A stretch of DNA of 64,000 nt, from NCBI GenBank assembly GCA_017499595.2, contig CM039004.1, positions 2,604,001-2,668,000 on the forward strand, written 5' to 3'. A model generated the notes under the pieces. The model searched no databases. It was given only the letters and a program-made list of their open reading frames with translations, and was not told the origin of the DNA. The stretch's first letter is position 1; every line of letters begins with the position of its first letter. The DNA comes from Psilocybe cubensis (lineage: Eukaryota). Shown here in pieces: positions 27,817 through 39,128 of this stretch. Both the position numbers and the translations under genes were made by a program.

Positions 27817-28524
27817 TTAATCTAGACATACTTCTTGGAATTTGTAGTACTGCATAGATATGTACAGTTGAACAATGAAGTCGCTGCGGACCTTGTCTGG
27901 CACGTATAAAAGATGCTGTATATGACTTCCACGACGTCCGAGATTCATGGCAGTAGAAACTTTGACTTTTTCTAGCCCGAGAGTTTGTAGGTTGCCCAAT
28001 GCATTCACAGAGACCACCGCTTTATCATCAATGTCAACGTTTTGCAAGTGGAGGGCCGTTAATCCATTATACTTCCGAAGATATCCTGTAAAGATAGGCC
28101 ACATGATGTCGTTGTATTCGCTGGCTGCAAGTTGATCGCTCGTCGGTTCCTGGTTCGTATACAGATCATCATCCGACTCGGACCCAAACTCTGAAAAAGG
28201 TCCTTCGTACCGCCAGTAGCGCACATAGCTGACAAATCGACTAGAAGAAAGCTGATCAAATCTTTCACGAGAAGAGTCGACCTTGGATACAAGGACAGCA
28301 CGATACTCTTCTGAATCGAGTTCCTGGCTTTCCACTTTGGCAGGAAATAGATATTTGACAGTGAAGCTCAAATCCCTAAAACGGATAAGTAGAGCACTTT
28401 CGCGGATACTCCTGGAGATTGAATTTGAGCAAAGAGTTCGTACTGTATCGTCATCGCAGAAATAGGCGATTCTGGTCCACAGCTCCGGCGCCAGTGCAGC
28501 AGCTGTGCTTTGATTCGACATCAT
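27817..28524 (-). CDS. F-box-like/LRR-like protein, first exon (downstream exons toward about 27 kb unresolved)
   Basis: LAPELWTRIAYFC..SIRESALLIRFRDLSF, YVRYWRY, MWPIF..GLTALHLQNVDID; homologous to the 35822 and 62912 genes. Confidence 0.7.
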   Translation of the reverse strand: MMSNQSTAAALAPELWTRIAYFCDDDTVRTLCSNSISRSIRESALLIRFRDLSFTVKYLFPAKVESQELDSEEYRAVLVSKVDSSRERFDQLSSSRFVSYVRYWRYEGPFSEFGSESDDDLYTNQEPTSDQLAASEYNDIMWPIFTGYLRKYNGLTALHLQNVDIDDKAVVSVNALGNLQTLGLEKVKVSTAMNLGRRGSHIQHLLYVPDKVRSDFIVQLYISMQYYKFQEVCLD

Positions 28525-30157
28525 ATCTACTTGATTTCAGCGACGTGTGGTAGAGTGATTAAAATAGCTCATGGTAGTTGAATGTTTGAGTGCGCACAGC
28601 GAGCAAATTGCACATGACAGTCTTCAATAAATAATAGATTTCATTTGTTTTATGGGTAACAATAGCTGACAATTGGGTCATGGTCGTTGTGCAAAAAATC
28701 TTCAGAGAAGTTGACTGAAAATTAAAATTGGTTAGAGAAACAAACGGATAACATGACTCACCACTATTGTTCTATAACATGATCGCAAGGAGCTGATAAA
28801 AATTACCCTAATCGACCAACAACGTTGAGTGACATTTCGCAAAAAACAATTGAATGGTTGCAAACCGTGAGAGGCACCTGTACCTTTAGACTCCGAAGTG
28901 GTGCGTGGTATGCACGCCTCTGGCGAAAAGGCCACTTTTGTTGTGTAATGAGGCGCCACACAGCATAGATTGCAACAGGACCATAAAGAATCGAATTCAG
29001 TGAGCTGTTTGAACGTGTGAATGAGTGACCGTGCAGTGTGAAGCAATAGAGATTACATCTCCTAGGGATATGTAGATATCCGATGAGGCTCAATCCTATT
29101 GTACTATGTTTTTATCATTGTACGTAGCGAAAACAGAAGATAAAGCGAACAGAAATACGTACAATAAATCCCGTTAACAACCTGTATCCTTGATCCTAAC
29201 ACTGGATCCAACAACACCTCACACTGCTAACATGGTTTTAGACAGTCATTCTTCTATGTTGTGTATTGCAATTTCGAAGGTTTTACGTAGTACCCAGTCG
29301 AACGACTTTGCGGTAATCTAGCGATTCGGATCCAATAACGATTTGACGTAAACGGGGGCAAGAATGGACTGGCTCAGAGAAGAGTGCATTGATAATGGGT
29401 GATTAGCACGAGCGTCATGGTGGTTTGCAGAAATATACTGTCTTTGTTTACGATATTATAAGCTGAAAGGCCATACTGGTTTACTGGTTTGAAAGAATGT
29501 TGACGGTCGAAGACTCGAGGAGAGCACATCACAAAGCGTGGGAATATATTCAAAAAAGTAAATAGGGGTGCAAGGGAGTGTCAAGGCCCCTGAGAGTCGG
29601 AGTCGCTGCCACAGTGCTTCACTAGTCACTCCTTGGTACGAGATTTCTACATAAGAGTTATATATTGCGCAGTAGTTTATAAATACTACATCCAAATATT
29701 TTAATTTGGGTGCTTATTTAATGATCGTGATGTTCATAGACCTGAACCGTATAGGTGAAGGTTGGTTCTGAGTTTACTTTCAAGACTCCCAAAGTTTTCG
29801 AGTCTTACCTCTTGCTTGAACACCAAATAATTGATGAAAAAGAACTTTTAAAATAAGATGTATGGTTCATTTAGATGCAGCTATTATGACAAACTTTGGC
29901 ACGCCACCGGTTAATGACAACTAAAAAAACATTGTCTGAATACAGGTAGGCTCAGAACAACCCGTTAGATCCATTAAGACTTGGTGGTGGTTTCGAGATT
30001 TGGAGCAATCCGCTGTTTGGCCAACATAATCTGCTTGCTCGTCGGTCAAAGTACGAACCAGTAGAAAAAATATAACAAAGAGACCGAAATCAAAGTAGAT
30101 GAGCGACATTCAGCAGTACTAGATAGTGGTTGTTGACCGTCTCGAGTCTTCAATTAT

Positions 30158-30275
30158 TCCCCAGAGACTTGATGCTTCCTATGCACACAACTCGTCGATT
30201 TGAGCATGCGTTAACATTAATCAAGCCGAGTCGAAGCAGAGCTGTGAGGGTAGTGTACCATCAAGACGCTGGGGA
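30158..30275 (-). ncRNA. Hairpin family copy 1 (candidate milRNA precursor)
   Basis: TCCCCAG/CTGGGGA, CTTGATG/CATCAAG and CACAACTC/GAGCTGTG stems; invariant 23-mer at 30167-30189. Confidence 0.55.
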
Positions 30276-30926
30276 GGAATGAGAGGACAGAGTGGTCAGA
30301 CCGCCTATCACGCCCCAATGGCAGCAGTGAATACTCCAAGAAAAAATGCACAGAGAAGTATGCAGAGTAACACACTGCCCAGAGCACCAAGTAAGAGACA
30401 GAATGGCAGACCCAAAGCGCAACGGATGAAACTGCATTTCCAATCACAACCAAAACCAGAATAGCGCATATATGCGGGCAGCAAAACAGATTAGAACCGT
30501 AAGCTGCAGCCTATCGTCGTGAACTAAATGGACACCAGAAAACCAACATGGGTTCCGAGTGCGCCGGCGAATGCAACAGATAGCATGAGAGAGGGAAGTA
30601 GACCGAGAAACGGCGCATATATGCGCATACATAGCAGCATAAACCCTATGAGTTCCCCAATAAAATGAGCAGGCAGCAGCCAATACCAGACCCGCTTTAC
30701 ATCTTCTTTGAGGGGATGGAAGGGTGAGCCAGATGGGATGCCGTAGACATGAATGAACTGTACTTAGCTTGCTTGTATCTGCGCGCGGTGGTTTGAGCTA
30801 GCCTGGGCGCCTAGGCGATTTGCGAAAAATTGGGGAGTGAATTGGTTTGGTGCCAAAATAAGTCAGAGCGTATGCGACTCGTAAAGGATAGAGATGGTAG
30901 GCGAGGATGAATTGAAAGGCGAAAAT

Positions 30927-30982
30927 GGAGAGATGGTGGTGGTTGGAATGAAACCTGCATCGACGTGACGCCTGTTTAAATA
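30927..30982 (-). promoter_or_regulatory. Putative TATA box and leader of hairpin unit 1
   Basis: Minus-strand TATTTAAA (30982-30975), then about 32 nt later ACCACCACCATCTCTCC, identical to 58550-58566. Confidence 0.45.
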
Positions 30983-31388
30983 GGCGAGCCCACAGTTTGC
31001 GTCACAGAATATTCGAAATGTGGTTCCCGTCACAGCGGTTACCTCCTATCATTCATTGAGCTGTCTTCTAACTAGTCGAATGCCACTCAATTTGCTCGTG
31101 CAGTTTTCAAGGTTTCAAGCGTATCCAAACAGGCCACGCGAATCCGACTCAGTCCCACTAACTGCATAATCTGGGCTCTATCATCTGCTGACAAAAATAA
31201 AAACGGAGACATGTTCGTACGTCTTATGAAGGACCGGATCCAACTCGATTGTTTTTAAGTATAGTCAGAGGCAAAGAGATAGCCAACCAACACTGACGGA
31301 AAGGTAAAGTTGATTGAAAACATCGTACTAGGTAATTTCGACTATTTGTTGTTTCTTAGTCTGGCGCCTTCAGCTTGGATTCACTCCA

Positions 31389-31612
31389 TCAATAATCATC
31401 CATTTCACTGCCATGATCATCCGGGTCGCCGCCAAAGAATTCTTGGCCTTCTCCGTCGAGGTTCAAGTCATTATATCCCACGAGCCCCACTCCGATCTGC
31501 ACCACGTTTGCTGAGAGCAGTCTGCCACCGCAGCAATCAATGTTTGCACATTGGAAAATTTGCTAGAGTTTCTGAGAGCTGATACTACCGTGTCGGGTGG
31601 AAGTGGTGCTAT
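31389..31612 (-). pseudogene. Relic of F-box-like gene C-terminal exon
   Basis: VVSALRNSSKFSNVQTLI..QTWCRSEWGSWDIM* then shifted LDGEGQEFF aligns with VVEALRHSANFANLQKLV..QTWGKSEYGIWEMV..FDGEGWEYY of the 34248-35822 gene. Confidence 0.7.
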
Positions 31613-32257
31613 CTGAGCAAGTCGCATCAAACCCATTGACAATCACGATGGTTTGTCTAATTCGGCAATAATTCCCATATATAGGTCATTGCAATAGCCC
31701 CTAGCCCTCGCGTCTGGCAAGTTGGATTCCCTGCACCTGCAACTCAAACCTACGCCACATTTTCACAGACCCACATGTAACAGCACTGAAATATCAAAAG
31801 CGAGCAAGCCTTTCTGAGCGTCTCATCACGACTAGGAACGAGCTGGACGTACGCGTCGGGTTTATCGTAATGATGTGAAGTGAGAGAACATTCACAAAAC
31901 ACAAGGTCAAAGGCATCACTAATAGTAACAGTGAAAATCTGGGGCCACGCAAGACACTGTGATATAAAGGAGGAGCACGATTGCTATGAGTAAAGAAAAG
32001 ATAATAACATTGTTAATTAGAGATGAAGCAAAGTCTCGTTACACGGCATACCATTGTTATGACCACGTATGGCTGTAGCTATTTTCAATTAGGCCTGATC
32101 CAGAGGTTTGAAATGACCCCACCACAATGGCGGGGACACAATGGGCATTTATTGAGATGCAAACTTTGCAAACAGTAAATGGTCAACTTTTGGCAAGTTG
32201 AAAGAGAACAATCAAATATTGGGAGCAGAAAGTCAATCCAAATGCAACATCCTGAAT

Positions 32258-32378
32258 TCTTCCCCAGCGACTTGATGCTTCCTATGCACACAATCCGTTG
32301 ATTTGAGCATGATTTATCGCCAGTCAATCCGAGGCGCGGAACTGTGAAGGTAGTGTAATATCAAGACGCTGTGGAAGA
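32258..32378 (-). ncRNA. Hairpin family copy 2 (candidate milRNA precursor)
   Basis: TCTTCC/GGAAGA, CAGCG/CGCTG and CTTGAT/ATCAAG stems; invariant 23-mer at 32270-32292. Confidence 0.55.
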
Positions 32379-32795
32379 GTACAGAGAGAAGACATTTGAC
32401 TGCCATCAGTTTCAAGTGAGCCTGCAGACACAGCGCATAGAATAAGGCGGCAATGTATATATGCGCGGGGTGTCTGAAATCGACGAAGAACAACCCGAGA
32501 ATAAAAAATACACGAGGAGAAAGCGTGAAAGTTGCACCAGTAGAAGGATCAGTGCATATATGCGCACATCGGAGAGCGCTGGAAAGTCGCAGAGAACCCA
32601 CAAATGTCAGGAACAAAATTGGGAAAACATAAAAGCCAGATAAAGAACCCGAAAACCAGCGAAAACGTGCTTGTATATGCGCAAGCAGAGCAGCATATAC
32701 TTTCCAAACATTCGAGAATAGTGAAATTCAGCTGGTTGGGTTGAGACAAATGTCACCACGAGTACCCCCCGGAACGCGAGAGACGAAATCAAAAA

Positions 32796-32916
32796 CCTTC
32801 CCCAGAAACTTGATGCTTCCTATGCACACAGTTCGTCGATGTCAGCATGAGTTATCGATCAAGTCAGGTCAAAGAAGAGCTGTGAAGGTAGTTTACCATC
32901 AAGACGCTGGGGAGGG
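32796..32916 (-). ncRNA. Hairpin family copy 3 (candidate milRNA precursor)
   Basis: TCCCCAG/CTGGGGA, CTTGATG/CATCAAG and CACAG/CTGTG stems; invariant 23-mer at 32808-32830. Confidence 0.55.
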
Positions 32917-33704
32917 ATGAAAGCTCATCGTCCAACTGTCAATGATGGAAGGAGTGATAACTGAGAATGTATGCGCAGCTCAGAAGGAAGTGCATCAAAA
33001 CGTAGACCCAAGATACAAGTCAGAAGATAAGGAAAATCGCAAGGACAGCAGCAACAGCTCCCAGAAACGCGCATATACGAGGGATGCAGAGCAGTTTAGA
33101 GCTATAGCCCGCTTCTTATGAACCGCAGACTTTTAAATGGAAAACATGAAAAACCAAGAACCAGGCATAGAAAGTGAAATGCCAAATACACCTCAATGCA
33201 GCGAGAATATGTGCGTATATGCACAAACAAAGCCGTGTATCTTCTTCACCATGCATCCGAAAATAGGCAAGGTGCAACGGGTTGGGTCAAGCCAAATGGA
33301 AACAGTCCTACTCGTAGAGCAATACGTCGAAAAAGATCCAGAATCAGCGCATATATGCGCACCAGAGAGTCCTTGCCAAGAAACAGAAAAACAAAGGAAC
33401 CAGGTAGCAGTTGGGGCGTCATGTGGGTTATGAATTCCTCCAGTCAACATGACTTTAAATGATTTCATACGACTGTGAAAGGACCTGTGCATGTAGTCAG
33501 CTTGGTTGGGGTACGAGGGCGAAGGTAACCAGCCAGGGGCAATAGATATGAGTCCCACCCTCTCAGGCGGGTAAGGTTTAGAGACAACCTGTAAAAGTAC
33601 TTAGCTTGGGCGGGATACTAAAATGGAACTTTGTGAAACGATGTTTGAAATTAAGAGCGGGAATGCTTGAGTGTGAGTATATGTGGTGGAAGTATGGAAA
33701 AATC

Positions 33705-33771
33705 GAGGATTGTGGTGGTTGAGAGTCAAATGCGATACAAACGATGAGGAGGGCGTGACGAGGATTTAATA
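33705..33771 (-). promoter_or_regulatory. Putative TATA box and leader of the unit carrying hairpins 2 and 3
   Basis: Minus-strand TATTAAA, CGTCACG, then AACCACCACAATCCTC; same order as at 30.9 kb. Confidence 0.4.
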
Positions 33772-34247
33772 ATCTGGGCCGTGACGGCGCTGATGTAATC
33801 CGCCCACAACATGTCACAGCACACCATGTTTTTTTCGCCTTGCCACCTGCTCTTGATTTCGACCTCTAATGTACCGAATTCCATCGTTTGGATTCCCCTT
33901 CCTTGATGCTGTACAGGGTTTTATAAATTGAAAGGCTCTGTAGCCTGCACACTTTGTACGCACTCGCACCTACGATGCCCGTCCAAGGCGAAGCTTCCGC
34001 TGACTTGAACACTGACTACAACTCGTTTCTGGACGCGGAATAAAGGTTATTGACACGGCCACTGGTTAGCACCCTCAGCCTGACATACTCAAGTGGACCG
34101 TTTTATTCTCCAGTGTTACTGATAATATATTCAATGTTCTGATTACACGTAACTACAAACATTTAGGTACGTTTAATGTTCCAGTTGTTCCTTTGGCTAT
34201 CATCTTCAGCTAATCTGCAGTCTCGGATTCATCACTCGCGGAAGTGG

Positions 34248-35822
34248 TCAAATATCTATAGACGCCTCTTCCCCCTCCGTTATATCTCTCCGATCATCTG
34301 ATGTGTCTTCAAAGTCGCTGTAGTACTCCCAGCCTTCTCCATCAAAGTCAAAACTTGTTTCTTCGAGCACCATTTCCCAGATTCCATATTCCGATTTCCC
34401 CCATGTCTGGAAGCGTTCAAGAGTACCAACGACCAATTTTTGCAGATTTGCAAAGTTCGCAGAGTGCCTCAGTGCCTCTACGACATCCCAAAAAATAGTA
34501 TGAATTGGGTGCCTTTCATATTCTGTGTCAGTGACTAGCTCCAAGGTCCGCAAGGTCGGTGGTATCTTGTATGGGAGAGGTGCACTCAGAATGTGCAGGA
34601 TATTCTGACGCAATATTAATGAAATGCGCACTTGCAAAAATAGTTCAGCCAGACAAAATCAACTTACAAGGTAATGCAATGTATTGTATCTCTCTCTTTC
34701 TGCTTCGTCACGCAGATTGACGTCCTCATTCAGCTGAAACGGTGCAATGATAAGTCGCAACGACACTAAATGAGGGAATTCGTGAAACAGTGTTGGGAAC
34801 GTTTCGTCAATGCATGCACTCGCCGGCCATTGAGGACTCTCAAAGACTTCCACAGGCACGGTTCCTCTTTTAAAATGCTCCCTGATCCAGTCAATGCATG
34901 GATGCTCTAGAGCCCGATCAGGTAATTGGACGAGCTTGATCGTGTGCACCGGCCGACCTGTAATGATGTCTGCGGCGTAGTAGGCAGGTCCCGTGTATTC
35001 GGATAAATGTGGGCAGGCTGTGATAGAGAGATGCGCCTCTGGCGAGGGTCTTTCAAAAGCCACCTCGTCGATTGCGGTAAATTCGATACAGAGTTCCTGT
35101 AGGAGAGGGCACTGCTCCAAAGCGGAGTAGAGCTCGCGGTAGTGTCCTTTACCGGCAGAGATATTCAAGTTGGTCAGGGTGGGACAAACTCCAATCATGA
35201 GCTCAACGCGGAAGGTTGGGTTGGCCTCTTGTTGTAGATATCCCGTTAAATGGTCGAAGCAACGCAAGCACTTCGTGGTAATGGAAACAATGCAGTTGAT
35301 GAACCGCAGTAATTCCAGGTTGTCCAAAGTGTTCAAAGCTGTAACAGTCTCATCGTCAATGACAACGTTTGCCATAATGAGGCTCGTCAATCCGATGTAG
35401 AGCGGAAGGCTTGCTCTGAACAATGGCCACATCGCGTCAGCATACGTTCGCAAAAAAATTTTCTTTGCGCTCTCCTTGTTGACCAAATCAGGGGTAGTAG
35501 GCTGGGGCAAATATCCTATATAGTTCCAAAAGCGGACATGGCGCGCCAGAGGGCTCAATGGGAGCTCGGTAAACCTTCGGCGAGATAGTTCTTGCATTTC
35601 AATCACGGAGCTTGGGTATTGATGAGGTTCGACCTTGCTAAAATCAAAACGGTCTATCATGTTGTATGCTCTAAACATCAGACTTCGGAATAGAACAGGT
35701 CGAGCACTGTCCCGGATGTGCCGTGGCATTTCAGGAGAGCAAAGGGCGCGGACTTCATCAGGTGAGTAGCACTCGTCCGCAATCTTCGTCCATAGTTCGG
35801 CCGCGAGTTGATCCCACCCCAT
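34248..35822 (-). CDS. F-box-like/LRR-like protein, full length, 2 exons
   Basis: MGWDQLAAELWTKIA F-box-like start; LRR-like LTSLxMxNV, CPTLTNLNI, CPLLQELCI, CPHLSEYTGP; intron about 34667-34605; acidic C-terminus. Confidence 0.8.
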
Positions 35823-36448
35823 TTGCGCAGGAGGTTATCCAGAAGTGAAATAGACCCACGATGAAATGGATGGGTTGAAAATAACATAGTGCCACCTTAA
35901 ATAGGGTCATATTGACAAAGGCGTTACCATGGAGCAGATCTGTAGACCAATGTAATTGTTAACAAAGGACAAAAGACATGACGATTACTACCGAGATCTA
36001 ATGCACCAAAAGGCTTCCTGACAATAGGCTAGCTAACTGCTACCACTCTGGTACTACCCACGGGGACACAGACAAAAAAACTACAACACAATTCAACGAC
36101 GTAAAATTAAAACAAAGTCGTGTGATAAGATATAAGGCGAGTAAGGGCGGGTCCGAATCACGTCGTTTGGCATAATACCTTGAAGCTATACCTTTAACTA
36201 GTCAAAGTGTGCAAGCCAGAAAATACGCCTTTACTCTGGCATTTCGAGTGGGTGTAAGTGTGTTAACATACATCAGGTTAAGCAAATTTTTAGTAGATTA
36301 AGAACATACACCCCTGATAAATAGCTACAGGAATGTACAAGGATGACTATGCATAATGTCCGGCTCTAGGCGGGCGACTGGCAATCAAGTCGATAAAGGC
36401 CTGCCCCATATTTAATTCTTTTTTCCAGCTCATGAGTCCTGCAGTAAT

Positions 36449-36703
36449 ATGGCATACATCATATCATTCCCTGCTCCTTCACTGAGATATCTCAGAATCC
36501 GTTTCGTTGTTGGCATCAGCGATTTTATGACCCAAACTGTCGAGGAGCTACAAAAGGTTGGCAACACCTCAGACTATCGTGTCCAGCATCTCAGCCTTAA
36601 TATATGTACAGCTGATGTGGCACCTACCCTTGATTTCCGCCTTATTCAAAGCATTTTCGGTGATCTTAACAAGTGGCCTGCCTTGGAAAGATTTTCATTT
36701 TGA
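36449..36703 (+). pseudogene. Short ORF resembling an LRR-like C-terminal fragment (also 46627-46881 and 56805-57059)
   Basis: PSLRYLRIRF, VQHLSLNI, WPALERFSF; no recognisable upstream exons. Confidence 0.3.
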
Positions 36704-36980
36704 TCTCTCTCAATGAAGATTGGGATACAAATTTGCGACTTTGACCTGAGGGACAGAAAATTTCGATTCTTTCACTAATTTATTGTTAGAAGATGATAAA
36801 ATTTGTGGCAGGTTGGAAACTATGTACGTAGAAGCCTCGCGTTAAAGTCGGGTAGATATTTATTTCCAGCTCCAGTCAGGCTGAGACCAAGAAACAGATA
36901 GTCGTAGAGAGTCAAAAATCGGGATAAGACAGCCAGAAAGTCCCGAGTCAGTTTCCCATTAGTACATCTATAAATGAGAG

Positions 36981-38039
36981 TCAAGACTTTGGTGTACATG
37001 TGGTATAGCTCCGCCGATGATACACCAGAGGCAGTGGCCGTTCTTCAGCTTCAGCTTCAGCCTCTGCATCCACCACACCCTCTCCCTGCACCGGTTCCAC
37101 CCTCACCACCCGCGCAATAAACAACTCCGATGCAACCTCGCCTTTCTCGCTCCTTAGCGGCGGCATAACCGCCTCTCCTTTTCGCTGCCTTTGCTCCAGG
37201 TGATTCAAGTCGTATAGGGGTATTGGCCTACCTACGAGGCTGCACGACAGCGCGCCTACAGAACCATCTATAACGGGAAGTCCATCGGCGCTGAGCGTAT
37301 ACCGCGTCAGCTTTGATCTCCCGCTATTACTGAAAGGCGTGGGGTGTAAATCCGGCCTCGAGAACGTAAACGCCGTCTGCGCCTGCGACGCCGCGAGAAG
37401 GTTGATTACCATATGCGCGCGTTCTTCTTCTCCTTCTCCGGAGGATTCTTGAGCTTCTGCCATAGCCGTCAGCGCACTGGCCATACGTGACGGAATACGC
37501 AGCGCGAACGCTACGAGCGGGTATGGGTCCATTGCAATCGATGTGAACGACGAGAGCGTCGCACCGTGGTACTCTGGAAGCACCGCGCTGCGCAATGATA
37601 GCTCTGGATCGTCATCAGATGCGGAACGCGAGGAGGAGAGGGAAGGGGATTTGATAGATGTTACGACTGCCACGGGCTGTGCGACGTCCCGCAGGAGCGC
37701 GCACACGTCGGCTTTGAGCTGCTTCTGTTTCTGTTTCTGCGTTGCAAATGTTTGCCTGTTATCGAGGTCTACGGGGGTTGATGTCGAAGTGGAGGCGGAA
37801 GAACCCTTGGAAGTTGAAGAAAAGGCGTATTTAGATGTGGAATCTGCAGCTGCAGCTGCATTTGTATACCTCCTTCTCTGCACTGAACGCGCCTTTGCTG
37901 TGCACCCAACACCCTGCCCATCCCTACAACCACTCCCGCTTGAAACCGCGAAGGACGTTGAAAATTAAAGAGAACCGTTTGCACTGGCGGTGCTAATAAG
38001 CCTCTGTATGCATGCATGAGATTTAGCCACTGCAAACAT
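36981..38039 (-). pseudogene. Flavin-reductase-like gene copy with nonsense codon
   Basis: Closely similar to 57337-58425, but TCA>TAA at codon 25 (37965-37967) plus in-frame deletions of 9, 12 and 9 nt; upstream region replaced. Confidence 0.85.
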
Positions 38040-38083
38040 GGAGAAAATTCTTGGGCGCCCCTCCATCCCAAGTCGCTGTAGTA

Positions 38084-38555
38084 CTCCAGCACCAGCACCA
38101 TACCCCTCCGTTGTTATCATCCTCAACCTTGTCCTCGCTCATCACAACGGCCCCTGTCCATCCCTGCTCGATCAGCGGTCAGTTATCGCCCTTCAAAACG
38201 CGATGCCTCTTACCTTGTCTTCCACCTCGGTGCGCCCCTCCCCATCCTCACGACCTCTCCGCCCCTCGCACTCGTACTCCCGCGCGCCAATCACAGACAC
38301 ATACGCGTACTAGTACGCTTTGCCCGCCACACTGTGACTATATGCTTCTTCCTCCCTTTCCCTCCTGTCTCTGACCTCCCTCCTTCTACAAGGTATGATA
38401 AACAAAAATCAGAACACAGGAAAGAAAATATATATACTCACACTCAACCCAACCAGTGCCGCGCTCACAGCGGTCGGCACAATCGAGCCGCGGGCGGTTC
38501 ATTGTCAGTGGCGGCGGCGGTGTTATCTGTAGTTGGGAGCACGGTGGTAGGGGAG
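38084..38555 (-). pseudogene. Inverted, internally deleted fragment of the 59453-62170 gene
   Basis: Collinear blocks match the reverse complement of about 60896-61811, including intron sequence. Confidence 0.85.
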
Positions 38556-39128
38556 GCGTTAATGCGTGGTGCAGGCCGCTAGTTCCGTCGTGGCGGACAA
38601 TGGGGATGGGCGTGGCTCAACGACGACTCGACTGATGCTGCATCACGCCCATGCGCTTCCCCTCCTCTTTGTCCATGGCGACTGCGGCCCATTCTACATC
38701 GCGCTGTTCGACAACTCACACGTATGCTTCTATGCGGCCAGCCATACGAGCGGCTGACGGTATGTCCGTTAGCACAGTATCATAACACTGCTGCTTTACT
38801 CACTGTCTCTCGTTACTTTTATGCAGTAGGACCCAGGCGTATTGGGCATTGCAAAATGGGGCCCACCAAGACGTTGCACTCTTTTGGACGTGGGGAGGAC
38901 GAGGTGAGTCCTCAACGTGCTGCCTATCGTGTTTGCTCTGCTGAACAACTCTCAGCGTGTGTCAGACACAGCTCGTCATCGCGGAAATGCTACTCACCGT
39001 CGCGTCGAAATTACCCCGCCCTACCGCCACACTCACCACGCCGTTGTACTCTTTTGGACCGACGGTACGCGCATGGGTCTAGGTATAGCTGGGGTGGTGC
39101 GTACTCACAACATGCTATGGTCTAATAT

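Noticed and set aside
30158-32916. CRISPR-like array or hammerhead ribozyme reading of the repeated 23-mer and hairpins
   Set aside because: Eukaryotic context, irregular 0.5-2 kb spacing, no cas genes, and no CUGAUGA/GAAA core in the conserved part.
34942-34952. 7-nt seed match (GTGTGCA) between the candidate small RNA and the F-box mRNA, inside the 11 nt deleted in the duplicates
   Set aside because: A 7-mer is expected by chance, pairing does not extend, and the site is not kept in the 62912 paralogue.
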